A stretch of DNA of 64,000 nucleotides from NCBI RefSeq assembly GCF_946223165.1, contig NZ_CAMIBP010000004.1, positions 15,949 to 79,948 on the forward strand, read 5' to 3'. The position numbers and the translations under genes were made by a program. Below are positions 1 to 8,716 of the stretch, piece by piece; the stretch's first letter is position 1, and each line of letters starts with the position of its first letter. The DNA is from an uncultured Corynebacterium sp. Lineage in GTDB: Bacteria; Actinomycetota; Actinomycetes; Mycobacteriales; Mycobacteriaceae. The notes below the pieces were generated by a model. It had not been told where the DNA came from. It was given only the letters and a program-made list of their open reading frames with translations, and did not search any database.

Positions 1-398
1 TGCGTGGTGCGGTGCTCTGGAGCGAGGCGGCATCGGCAGCGTGAAATCCGGAATGGTGGGTGCTGGTGGGTGGGGGAACGCGCGCGGGAAAGTCGTGGCA
101 GGGGCCATTTTTGCCGATAATCTGGTCAAACCGGGTGGGGGAGACCCGTAAGGGTGCAAACTTACGGTTGATAGCGCCAGTCTGCGCTTGTGAATTGTCC
201 CACAAGGTTAGGTGTGAGGGTGGGGGAGCAACGCTCGCATGACTGGGTAATTTCCCACCGTGGCCTGTAATATCCCCTCTGAACAGTCGCTCCCGTGCCG
301 TGCTGAGCATGGCCTGTGAGCGGTGAACAGGACTGACGTTCAATCTGAATGCACTATCCTGAGTGGATAGGAATGCTCTGTGAGCGTTCGAGAAGTTT

Positions 399-1517
399 TT
401 GTGTGGACAGAAAGGCAGAACACACGTGGGACAGCGTACAAAGCGCAGCTTCGCCCGTAAGGCGGGTCTAGCTGGCGTTCTCGCTCTGGGTGGTATGGCT
501 CTGGCTGCTTGCGACGTGCAGGCACCGGAGGCTGTCGAGAACATCCTGGGCTTTGGTTGGCCGAAGGGCATCACGCCGGAGGCTCACTCCATGTACAACT
601 TCTGGATCTGGGTCTGGGTTGTTGCATGGTTCATCGGCTTCGTTATGTGGGGCCTGTTCCTCACCGCAATCTTCCGTTGGAGCGCAAAGCGTGCCAAGAA
701 GCAGGGCAAGGGCGAGTTCCCGAAGCAGCTGCAGTACAACGTGCCGCTCGAGATGGTGCTGACCGTCGTCCCGGTCATCATCATCATGGCTCTGTTCTTC
801 TTCACCGTTCAGGCGCAGCAGAAGGTTGTCGCTCTGGACAAGGACCCGAAGGTGACCGTGGATGTCACCGCATTCCAGTGGAACTGGAAGTTCGGTTACG
901 CCAACGTCGCCGGCGATCTGACCGCTGACGGCCAGGACTACGACGGCAAGGATGAGGGGCGCACCAAGCTCGCCGAGGAGTCCTCCGTGGACCCGGAAGG
1001 TGTTGAGAACCCGAATCCGATTCACGGCAAGTCCATGGGTGACCTGTCCTACCTGAACTACAACAAGATTGAGACTCTGGGCACCACCGAGGAAATCCCG
1101 GTTCTGGTCCTTCCGTCTCAGACTGCTATCGAGTTCCGTCTCGCTTCCGGCGATGTCTCCCACGCCTTCTGGGTTCCGGAGTTCCTCTTCAAGCGCGACG
1201 TCTACGCGCACCCGGAGGCCAACCAGCAGGAGCGCCGCTTCCAGATTTCCGAGATCGAAGAGGAAGGTGCCTTCGTTGGCCGCTGCGCTGAGATGTGCGG
1301 TACCTACCACTCCATGATGAACTTCGAGCTGCGCGTCGTTTCCCCGGAAAAGTTCAAGGAGTACATCGAGTACCGCCAGGACAACCCGGATGCACCGAAC
1401 TCTGAGGCACTGTCCGCTATCGGTGAGGAGCCGTACGCAGTGACCACCAAGCCGTTCAACTCCGTTCGTAACACCAGCGATGGTGCGAACGAGGTCGACC
1501 CCAACGCTGCGGCATAA
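399..1517 (+). CDS. ctaC: Cytochrome c oxidase (aa3) subunit II, lipoprotein form
   Basis: N-terminal signal with lipobox LAAC. CuA-type motif near C-terminus (H..CAEMCGTYHSMM). Acidic insertion typical of Corynebacterineae CtaC. True start may be the GTG at 426. Followed by ctaF. Confidence 0.85.
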   Translation: MCGQKGRTHVGQRTKRSFARKAGLAGVLALGGMALAACDVQAPEAVENILGFGWPKGITPEAHSMYNFWIWVWVVAWFIGFVMWGLFLTAIFRWSAKRAKKQGKGEFPKQLQYNVPLEMVLTVVPVIIIMALFFFTVQAQQKVVALDKDPKVTVDVTAFQWNWKFGYANVAGDLTADGQDYDGKDEGRTKLAEESSVDPEGVENPNPIHGKSMGDLSYLNYNKIETLGTTEEIPVLVLPSQTAIEFRLASGDVSHAFWVPEFLFKRDVYAHPEANQQERRFQISEIEEEGAFVGRCAEMCGTYHSMMNFELRVVSPEKFKEYIEYRQDNPDAPNSEALSAIGEEPYAVTTKPFNSVRNTSDGANEVDPNAAA

Positions 1518-1535
1518 GGAACGAGGAGATTAACA

Positions 1536-1967
1536 ATGCGTGCTGGATCTAACATCTTCTATGGCATCGCCATCTACCTGCTGGTCTCCGAGGTTGTCTA
1601 CATCTTCGGCGTCAACTTCGTCAAGGACGACGGCTACCTTTACATCCCCGAGTGGGTTGGCCTTGTGTCCATGGCCCTGGCGGCAGTCATGTCGCTCATG
1701 CTCGCTGTCTACCTGCAGCTGACCGATTCTAAGACGGATATCGCTCCGGAAGACTGGGAAGAGGCAGAGACCGAGGACGGTGCCGGTATCCTCGGCTTCT
1801 TCTCCCCGGGCTCCGTGTGGCCGCTGTGCATGACCGGTTCCATCGCCGTCCTTGGCCTGGGCATCATCTACCTCTACTACTGGATGATTGTTGCCGGTGC
1901 CGCCCTCCTGGTGATCTCCGTCGGCGGTCTGTCCCTGCAGTACGGAATCCCGAAGGAAAAGCACTAG
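1536..1967 (+). CDS. ctaF: Cytochrome c oxidase subunit IV (actinobacterial CtaF)
   Basis: 143-aa polytopic membrane protein 18 nt downstream of ctaC. RBS GGAGA before the ATG. Size and position match CtaF. Confidence 0.8.
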   Translation: MRAGSNIFYGIAIYLLVSEVVYIFGVNFVKDDGYLYIPEWVGLVSMALAAVMSLMLAVYLQLTDSKTDIAPEDWEEAETEDGAGILGFFSPGSVWPLCMTGSIAVLGLGIIYLYYWMIVAGAALLVISVGGLSLQYGIPKEKH

Positions 1968-2032
1968 CCTTCGTAGCTTAACTGTCACACGGCTTCCGGT
2001 TTGAGGACCGCGAATCCGCGCTGAAAACTTCT

Positions 2033-2076
2033 CCCACCCCGGACCCATTTGGGTTCGGGGTGGTGGTCGTTTTCCG
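2033..2076 (+). terminator. Candidate rho-independent terminator after ctaC-ctaF
   Basis: Stem CCACCCCGGACCCA / TGGGTTCGGGGTGG with loop TTT, followed by the T-rich stretch TCGTTTTCC. Confidence 0.45.
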
Positions 2077-2551
2077 TCGGATGGGTGCGATAGAAAGTTC
2101 CCAAAGTGTTCCAAAAATTTCTTCCAGCGCCGACCGTAGGGGAGGGGACCGCTGACGTAATGGGTTTCGGGGTCCATGTGAATCGTACAAAATGCCTAGT
2201 CGCGAGCACTTTCGGGCGGGGGTCAACCGAAAGTTGCAACTTTAGCGAAAACCGAGGGCGCCCCACGTGATTTATCTCTCAGGCAAAGTTGGGCAAATCT
2301 GAGCGTCGATAGTGCCCGTGAGGCAGTGGTGCTCGCGTGATCTGGCTGGTCGATCAGGTGCCTTGTGGTGGTCCACCTGTCTACCTGCATGAACGTAGCG
2401 TCGGATGGAAGGCGGAATAGTTCCCAGTGCCCAGAAAAAAATTAGATTGACGTTGAGACTGTGGCGCGACTGAAAGTACGCAGGTAAATACGTGCTGGCA
2501 TCGGGGGGTTTTGAGGTGACTTACAGCTTGGGAACCGTCATACTAATAGGC

Positions 2552-3163
2552 GTGACGAGCACAGTTTCAAATCAAGGTATGGCAGCACCACGTGTTGCCT
2601 CGCTGAATCGACCCAATATCGTCAGCGTTGGCACCATCGTGTTCCTGTCTCAGGAATTAATGTTCTTCGCCGGACTGTTCTCGATGTGGTTCACATCGCG
2701 AGCTAACGGTCTGCAAGGCGACTGGAACGAGTGGACCGAGCACATCAACGTGCCTATGGGCATTGTGATCACCCTCGTCCTGATTGCCTCTTCCGTGACC
2801 TCGCAGTTCGGCGTCTTCGCAGCAGAAAGGGGAGATGTTTACAAGCTCCGCCTCTGGTACTCGGCGACCCTCGCCCTTGGCGTGGTGTTCCTGGGCATCC
2901 TGGCGTACGAGTGGACGCACCTCATCATTCACGGCGTGACTATCCAGTCCAGCGTGTTTGGTTCGGTGTTCTACATTCTGACTGGCTTCCACGCAGCGCA
3001 CGTGACCGCGGGCCTCATCGCCTTCGTCATCATCATGCTTCGTCTGGCCAAGTCGAAGTTCACGCCGGCACAGGCGACTGCGGCAATGGCAGTGTCCTAC
3101 TACTGGCACTTCGTGGATGTTGTCTGGATCGGCGTCTTCGTCGTCATCTACATCATTCAGTAA
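2552..3163 (+). CDS. ctaE: Cytochrome c oxidase subunit III
   Basis: Multi-TM protein with conserved SELMFFAGLF and FH..HV stretches of Cox3. First gene of ctaE-qcrCAB. GTG 2552 chosen, giving 203 aa as in corynebacterial CtaE. ATG 2492 and ATG 2579 are alternatives. Confidence 0.8.
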   Translation: MTSTVSNQGMAAPRVASLNRPNIVSVGTIVFLSQELMFFAGLFSMWFTSRANGLQGDWNEWTEHINVPMGIVITLVLIASSVTSQFGVFAAERGDVYKLRLWYSATLALGVVFLGILAYEWTHLIIHGVTIQSSVFGSVFYILTGFHAAHVTAGLIAFVIIMLRLAKSKFTPAQATAAMAVSYYWHFVDVVWIGVFVVIYIIQ

Positions 3164-3239
3164 GGCGCAGTAGGGCGCCGCGGGTATATACCCACGGTCT
3201 ACCGCCATTCATTTCCGAGCTACATACATCCAAAGGAAA

Positions 3240-4136
3240 ATGATGGATACCAATCCGATTATTGTCGAGCAGCAGGAGTTGGACTCCGCCGCTGTTTCGG
3301 CGAAGAAGACTCGCCGCCGCCGCAAGGCGAAGCGCGCGGTCGCGGGCGCCTTTGCTCTCGGTATCGGCCTGTCCGGTGCTGGCTTCCTGGCCAGCGCACT
3401 CACCCCGAACGCGCAGGTTGCCACCGCCGCCAAGGACGACCAGGCCCTTATTCAAGCGGGTAAGGACATTTACGACGTCGCCTGCATCACCTGCCACGGT
3501 GCCAACCTGCAGGGCCTTGAGGGGCGCGGTCCGTCCCTCATCGGCATCGGCGCCGGCTCCGTGTACTTCCAGGTGCACTCCGGCCGTATGCCGATGATGT
3601 CGAACGACGCCCAGGCTGAGCGCAAGACCCCGCGCTACACCGAGCAGCAGACTCTGGCGCTTGCCGCTTATGTCGCTGCCAATGGTGGCGGTCCGGACAT
3701 CGTCTACAACGAGGACGGCACCGTCGCTCAGGAGTCTCTCCGCGGCGCCAATTACGACGGCCAGATTCAGGCTGCCGACGTTGCCAAGGGCTCTGAACTC
3801 TTCCGCATGAACTGCGCCTCGTGCCACAACTTCACCGGCCAGGGCGGCGCTTTGTCCTCAGGTAAGTACGCACCGCCGCTGGCTCCGGCTAGCGAGCAGG
3901 AGATTTACCAGGCCATGCTGACCGGCCCGCAGAACATGCCGAAGTTCTCCGATCGTCAGCTCACCGCTGACGAGAAGAAGGACATCATTGCGTACCTCAA
4001 GTCCGCTAAGGAAACCCCGAACCCGTCCGGTTGGGACCTCGGCGGCCTCGGCCCGGTGGCTGAGGGTCTTGCAATGTGGATCATCGGCATCAGCATTCTC
4101 TGTGCCGCTGCTATGTGGATTGGATCTCGTCAATGA
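3240..4136 (+). CDS. qcrC: Cytochrome bc1 complex diheme cytochrome c1
   Basis: Two CXXCH haem motifs (CITCH, CASCH) and a C-terminal TM anchor. RBS AAAGGAAAA before the ATG. Stop overlaps the qcrA start (ATGA). Confidence 0.9.
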   Translation: MMDTNPIIVEQQELDSAAVSAKKTRRRRKAKRAVAGAFALGIGLSGAGFLASALTPNAQVATAAKDDQALIQAGKDIYDVACITCHGANLQGLEGRGPSLIGIGAGSVYFQVHSGRMPMMSNDAQAERKTPRYTEQQTLALAAYVAANGGGPDIVYNEDGTVAQESLRGANYDGQIQAADVAKGSELFRMNCASCHNFTGQGGALSSGKYAPPLAPASEQEIYQAMLTGPQNMPKFSDRQLTADEKKDIIAYLKSAKETPNPSGWDLGGLGPVAEGLAMWIIGISILCAAAMWIGSRQ

Positions 4137-5353
4137 GCAACGTAAATAAGAACTACTCGGAGGCCGAGCTCAAGAACATGAGCGACGCCGAGCTCACTGC
4201 CCTGGGCGCTGAGATGGACGGCGTGACCGTCGCCTTCCGCAAGCCGCGTTTCCCGGTCGCCGGCGACCCGGCGGAGAAGCGCGCCGCAGCTGGCGTGGGC
4301 ATCTGGGCCGCTGTTTCTGTTATTGCAGGTATCGCCTTCCTTGGCGTGTACCTCTTCTGGCCATGGGAGTACAAGACCCTGGGTGAGGATGGCCTGTGGT
4401 GGCACACCCTCTACACCCCGCTCCTGGGCATCTTCGCCGGCCTGACCATTCTCTCTCTCGGCGTTGCCATCATCCAGTACGTCAAGCGCATCCTGCCGGA
4501 GGAGATCTCCGTGCAGCGTCGCCACGATGGCCCGTCCGAGGAGATTGACCGTCGCACGCTGACCGCTCTTCTCAACGACTCCTGGTCCACCTCGACCCTG
4601 GGTCGCCGCAAGACCTTGCAGGGCCTGCTTGGCGGCGCGGCCGTCCTCTTCGGCCTCACCGTCGTTGCCCCGTTGGGTGGCGCCATCAAGAACCCGTGGA
4701 AGGTCCGCCACGACCTCAACTACCAGGGTGACGGCACCCTGTGGACGTCCGGTTGGACTCTGCACGAGAAGGGCGTCAAGCTGTACCTCGCTCGTGACAC
4801 CGGCACCATTGCTGAGAAGCACGAGGGTGAAGCTGGCACTCACTACACCACTCAGGGTGTGACCCGCCTCGTGCGCGTCCGCCCGGAGGACCTGGCTGCC
4901 GGCGGCATGGAGACCGTGTTCCCGCTCGCTGAGTCCGACGTCAACGATGGCGACCTCTACGACGAGACCAAGGACGTCTACGAGAACCACATGCACTCGA
5001 TCCACGGCAACCGCAACGCTGTCATGCTGATTCGCCTCCGCAACTCGGATGCGAAGAAGGTCATCGAGCGCCAAGGTCAGGAAGACTTCCACTACGGCGA
5101 CTACTACGCCTACTCCAAGATTTGTACCCACATCGGTTGCCCGACCTCTCTGTACGAGGCTCAGACCAACCGCATCCTGTGCCCGTGCCACCAGTCGCAG
5201 TTCGACGCTCTGCACTACGGCAAGCCGGTCTTCGGTCCGGCCGCCCGTGCACTGCCGCAGCTGCCGATCGGTGTGGACGAGGACGGCTACCTCGTCGCAC
5301 AGGGTAACTTCATTGAGCCTGTCGGCCCGGCCTTCTGGGAGCGTAAGTCCTAA
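4133..5353 (+). CDS. qcrA: Cytochrome bc1 complex Rieske iron-sulfur subunit
   Basis: Rieske 2Fe-2S boxes CTHIGCP and CPCHQSQF. Three N-terminal TM helices. ATG 4133 overlaps the qcrC stop. The 4076 start in the ORF track lies inside qcrC. Confidence 0.9.
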   Translation: MSNVNKNYSEAELKNMSDAELTALGAEMDGVTVAFRKPRFPVAGDPAEKRAAAGVGIWAAVSVIAGIAFLGVYLFWPWEYKTLGEDGLWWHTLYTPLLGIFAGLTILSLGVAIIQYVKRILPEEISVQRRHDGPSEEIDRRTLTALLNDSWSTSTLGRRKTLQGLLGGAAVLFGLTVVAPLGGAIKNPWKVRHDLNYQGDGTLWTSGWTLHEKGVKLYLARDTGTIAEKHEGEAGTHYTTQGVTRLVRVRPEDLAAGGMETVFPLAESDVNDGDLYDETKDVYENHMHSIHGNRNAVMLIRLRNSDAKKVIERQGQEDFHYGDYYAYSKICTHIGCPTSLYEAQTNRILCPCHQSQFDALHYGKPVFGPAARALPQLPIGVDEDGYLVAQGNFIEPVGPAFWERKS

Positions 5354-6975
5354 TGAGCAACAAACTCGCAAAAATCGGTAACAACGTGGACTCCCGCTTC
5401 ACGCTGTCTGGCGCTGTGCGCCCGCAGCTGAACAAGGTGTTCCCGACCCACTGGTCCTTCATGCTGGGTGAGATGGCGCTGTACAGCTTCATCATTCTTT
5501 TGCTGACCGGTATCTACCTGGCACTGTTCTTTGACCCGTCTATTACGAAGGTCATTTACGACGGCACCTACACCCCGCTCAACGGCGTGGAGATGTCTTC
5601 CGCCTATGCATCCGCGCTGGACCTCTCCTTCGAGGTGCGCGGTGGCCTGTTCGTCCGCCAGATGCACCACTGGGCAGCTCTGCTGTTCATGATGTCCATG
5701 GTGGCTCACATGCTCCGCATCTTCTTCACCGGTGCGTTCCGCCGTCCGCGTGAGGCTAACTGGATCATCGGCTGCACGCTCATCCTCCTGGGCATGATCG
5801 AGGGCTTCCTCGGTTACTCCCTCCCGGATGATCTGCTTTCCGGTGTCGGCCTCCGCATCATGTCGGCCATCATCCTGGCTATCCCGATTGTGGGTACCTG
5901 GCTGCACTGGGCCATCTTCGATGGTGACTTCCCGTCTGACCTCATGCTGGATCGTTTCTACATCTTGCACGTGCTGGTCATCCCGGGCATCATCCTGGCC
6001 CTCATCGCCGCTCACGTCCTCATCGTCTGGTTCCAGAAGCACACGCAGTTCCCGGGACCGGGCCGCGCAGAGAACAACGTCGTTGGTGTCCGCATCATGC
6101 CGGTCTTCGCTACGAAGGCTATCGGCATGGGCCTCATGGTCGCCGGTGTACTGGCGCTCATGTCTGGCCTTCTGTCCATCAACGCCATTTGGATGCTCGG
6201 CCCGTACAACCCGTCGCAGGTCTCTGCTGGTTCCCAGCCGGATATCTACATGCTGTGGACTGATGGTCTCGCCCGTGTCATGCCGGCATGGGAGCTCTAC
6301 CTCGGTAACTACACCATTCCGGGCGCCTTCTGGGTCGTCGTAGTGGCACTCATTATGGTTGTCCTTCTTATGGCGTACCCGTTCATCGAGAAGAAGTTCA
6401 CTGGTGACGACGCCCACCACAACCTGCTGCAGCGCCCGCGCGACGTTCCGGTTCGTTCTGGCCTCGGCGCCATGGCCATCAGCTTCTTCGTTCTGGTGAC
6501 CATCTCCGGTGGTAACGACCACGTCGCTCACTTCTTCCAGATCTCGCTCAACGCCATGACCTGGGTTGGCCGCATCGGCCTGTTCATCGTCCCGCCGATT
6601 GCCTACTTCCTTACCTACCGCATTTGCGTTGGTCTCCAGCGCTCTGATCGCGAGGTGCTGGAGCACGGCATCGAGACCGGTATCCTCAAGCAGCTGCCGA
6701 ACGGCGCCTACATCGAGGTTCACCAGCCGCTCGGCCCAGTCGACGAGCACGGCCACGCGGTTCCGCTCGAGTACGCCGGTGCCTACGTGCCGAAGCAGCT
6801 CAACCAGCTCGGCTTCGCCGACTCCGAGTCGTACGGCATCTTCTCCCCGGATCCGCAGGATATCCAGGCCAAGAAGCGTGCCATCGTTCACGAGAACCAC
6901 GCTGAGGAGACGGAGATGTACCGCCGCCTCAACGAGGCTAACCGTCGCGAAGACGAAGAGAACGGCCGTATCTAA
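5353..6975 (+). CDS. qcrB: Cytochrome bc1 complex cytochrome b subunit
   Basis: 540-aa polytopic protein with haem-ligating His pairs and a long C-terminal extension typical of Corynebacterineae QcrB. Start overlaps the qcrA stop (TAATG). Confidence 0.9.
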   Translation: MSNKLAKIGNNVDSRFTLSGAVRPQLNKVFPTHWSFMLGEMALYSFIILLLTGIYLALFFDPSITKVIYDGTYTPLNGVEMSSAYASALDLSFEVRGGLFVRQMHHWAALLFMMSMVAHMLRIFFTGAFRRPREANWIIGCTLILLGMIEGFLGYSLPDDLLSGVGLRIMSAIILAIPIVGTWLHWAIFDGDFPSDLMLDRFYILHVLVIPGIILALIAAHVLIVWFQKHTQFPGPGRAENNVVGVRIMPVFATKAIGMGLMVAGVLALMSGLLSINAIWMLGPYNPSQVSAGSQPDIYMLWTDGLARVMPAWELYLGNYTIPGAFWVVVVALIMVVLLMAYPFIEKKFTGDDAHHNLLQRPRDVPVRSGLGAMAISFFVLVTISGGNDHVAHFFQISLNAMTWVGRIGLFIVPPIAYFLTYRICVGLQRSDREVLEHGIETGILKQLPNGAYIEVHQPLGPVDEHGHAVPLEYAGAYVPKQLNQLGFADSESYGIFSPDPQDIQAKKRAIVHENHAEETEMYRRLNEANRREDEENGRI

Positions 6976-7003
6976 CTACTGATTCGAAACTGTCGCTTTC
7001 GAG

Positions 7004-7047
7004 CCGCTGCCTCCCTTGAACTGGGGAGGCGGCGGCTTTGCAGTTTT
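7004..7047 (+). terminator. Rho-independent terminator of the ctaE-qcrCAB operon
   Basis: 13-bp perfect stem GCCGCTGCCTCCC / GGGAGGCGGCGGC, 8-nt loop, followed by TTTGCAGTTTT. Confidence 0.75.
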
Positions 7048-7381
7048 GCACTACTCCCTTGGGCCCATGCGTGCTGGCGCCGACTCGGTCACCTCGAACG
7101 CGCTCGGTACAGCGTGTGAGCGCCATATCGATTCGATCCTTTGGTGGAGGCGAGGAGTTTATGTGGGCGATGCTGAGGTTACTATATGCGCGGTACGAGG
7201 AACCGGCCGAGGAGCGATGCTTCAGGTGCCGGGAGCAGAGAGTGTGTGCGTAACGTGAGACGCTTGAGGTGTGCGGGCGGTCGGCGGCGTAGGGAAGTGG
7301 GGCTCTACAGGCCTCTCAAGCAGGGGTTTAGGTCTGTGCCTTGAGGGAAAACAGCTGCTTATGATGTAGATGTTACAAGAC

Positions 7382-7397
7382 TGTGAGTAAGGTCACG
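7382..7397. promoter_or_regulatory. CRP/GlxR-type box TGTGA-N6-TCACG in the nlpC leader
   Basis: Matches TGTGANNNNNNTCACA with one mismatch. Lies in an AT-rich stretch about 520 nt upstream of the first NlpC/P60 gene. Confidence 0.3.
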
Positions 7398-7913
7398 GTT
7401 CTGGTTTTGTGACGCTAGTCTAAGATTTTTGAGGGTGTAATTAAGATATCTGGTCGCGCATTGGTCCAGCGCATAGCGGGTTTTAGAGGGGTGGTTTTAT
7501 GTGTGCGATCAAAAACCTGAGAAAACTAAGCAATGGTAACGCGACGATAACGAGATGATAACGGTGTGGGGCGAATGTCGTACTGGACATCGTCTGCAAC
7601 TGTTTCGTAACCTGTTTGAGACATTGCAGCCGACCCCCAACGGTTTGCGCAATCGACAATTTAACAACAGCGCCGTATCTGGCTCCTTATGTATCTCTCT
7701 CGAGGGGCCGAGCGGAGGCGGGAATTAAAGGAATATTCCCGCTGACGAACGTTAGGCCCCCAATGGGCCAGAGCTCAACGCTCCCGCACCTGAAGAACGT
7801 TGTTCTGCGATGAACAGCGGAGTGGGAAGTGGGCGAACTACAGCCGAGAGGAAAATCGGAAAAGTTCGCTCCGTCGAAGGGTAGGCGCGCAGGAAGTATT
7901 GGAGTAACTTTTC

Positions 7914-8561
7914 GTGGCTAAGCACCGTCGTCAGGGCACCAACCCGACTCGCCGTATTGCAACCACCGCAGCCCTCGCTGCAACCGCTACCGTCACCGTC
8001 CCGGGTGTTGCCCAGGCCGCTGAGGTCACCATCCCCAACACCGGTATCGCCGTCAATGTCGATGGTATTGAGAACGTCCCGGGTATCAAGGATGTTCCGA
8101 ACATTGGTCAGTACGTGCCGTCCCTGGCGACGGTCAACCAGCAGGCTGGCACCTCCTACAACGCACCCGTTGAGGCCCCCACTGCTACTCCCGCTCCCGC
8201 CGCAGCCCCGGTTGAGTCCGTGGGTGACCGTATCGTTGCAGCTGCTCGCTCCGCTATTGGCTCCCCGTACGGCTGGGGTGCTGCCGGCCCGAGCTCCTTC
8301 GACTGCTCCGGCCTGACCTCTTGGGCTTACGCTCAGGTGGGCAAGTCCATTCCGCGTACCTCCCAGGCTCAGGCTTCCGCTGGCCAGCGCGTGGCTATGT
8401 CGGATATTCAGCCAGGTGACATCGTTGTGTACTACTCCGGCGCGTCCCACGTCGGCATCTACGCCGGCAACGGCATCATGATTGATGCGCTGAACTCCGG
8501 CAGCACCGTAGCTGAGCGCCCGCTCAACTACATGCCGATTCACTCCATCGTGCGCTTCTAA
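7914..8561 (+). CDS. Secreted NlpC/P60 family peptidoglycan endopeptidase (small paralog)
   Basis: C-terminal NlpC/P60 domain with catalytic Cys in DCSGLTSWAY and His in SHVGIY. N-terminus TRRIATTAALAATA..AQA resembles a Tat/Sec signal. GTG start with RBS GGAGTAA. Confidence 0.85.
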   Translation: MAKHRRQGTNPTRRIATTAALAATATVTVPGVAQAAEVTIPNTGIAVNVDGIENVPGIKDVPNIGQYVPSLATVNQQAGTSYNAPVEAPTATPAPAAAPVESVGDRIVAAARSAIGSPYGWGAAGPSSFDCSGLTSWAYAQVGKSIPRTSQAQASAGQRVAMSDIQPGDIVVYYSGASHVGIYAGNGIMIDALNSGSTVAERPLNYMPIHSIVRF

Positions 8562-8585
8562 TACCACGACGGCTTGTGTCTCGTA

Positions 8586-8621
8586 CCCCGCCTTTCATCA
8601 AACAGATGAGGGCGGGGTTTG
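8586..8621 (+). terminator. Candidate intrinsic terminator after the first NlpC/P60 gene
   Basis: Stem CCCCGCC / GGCGGGG with a 17-nt loop, followed by TTTGG. Confidence 0.4.
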
Positions 8622-8716
8622 GCGCGTTCGCTAACCCTTTGCCTAAAAATATCCTGAGTTCTTCTATAATTGTCAGGAAGAACTGATAGACACCTGAGTG
8701 ACAAGGGGGAAACGGC

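Noticed and set aside
1-398. Small ORFs (60..242 plus, 340..525 minus) upstream of ctaC.
   Set aside because: No RBS, no motif, and composition typical of non-coding leader sequence.
468-1310. 280-aa minus-strand ORF antisense to ctaC. Similar long antisense ORFs occur at 5350..6900 opposite qcrB, 28310..29152 opposite murE, 30341..31141 and 31157..32002 opposite murF, 32299..33315 opposite mraY, 35482..36381 opposite ftsW, 37652..38596 opposite murC, 39995..41521 opposite ftsZ, 44227..45498 opposite divIVA, 46464..50768 opposite ileS and 55604..57286 opposite the ABC genes.
   Set aside because: High GC suppresses stop codons in antisense frames. Their translations are low-complexity (R/G/A/D/H-rich) with no motifs, and each is fully covered by a well-supported gene on the other strand.
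2440-2495. TTGACG and TAAATA hexamers upstream of ctaE, considered as a sigma-A promoter.
   Set aside because: The spacing is about 33 nt, too long for a functional -35/-10 pair. The region is left unannotated.
6976-7913. Short ORFs 7016..7258, 7038..7253 and 7616..7813 inside the long leader.
   Set aside because: No RBS and no conserved protein features. The region is better explained as regulatory or leader RNA.
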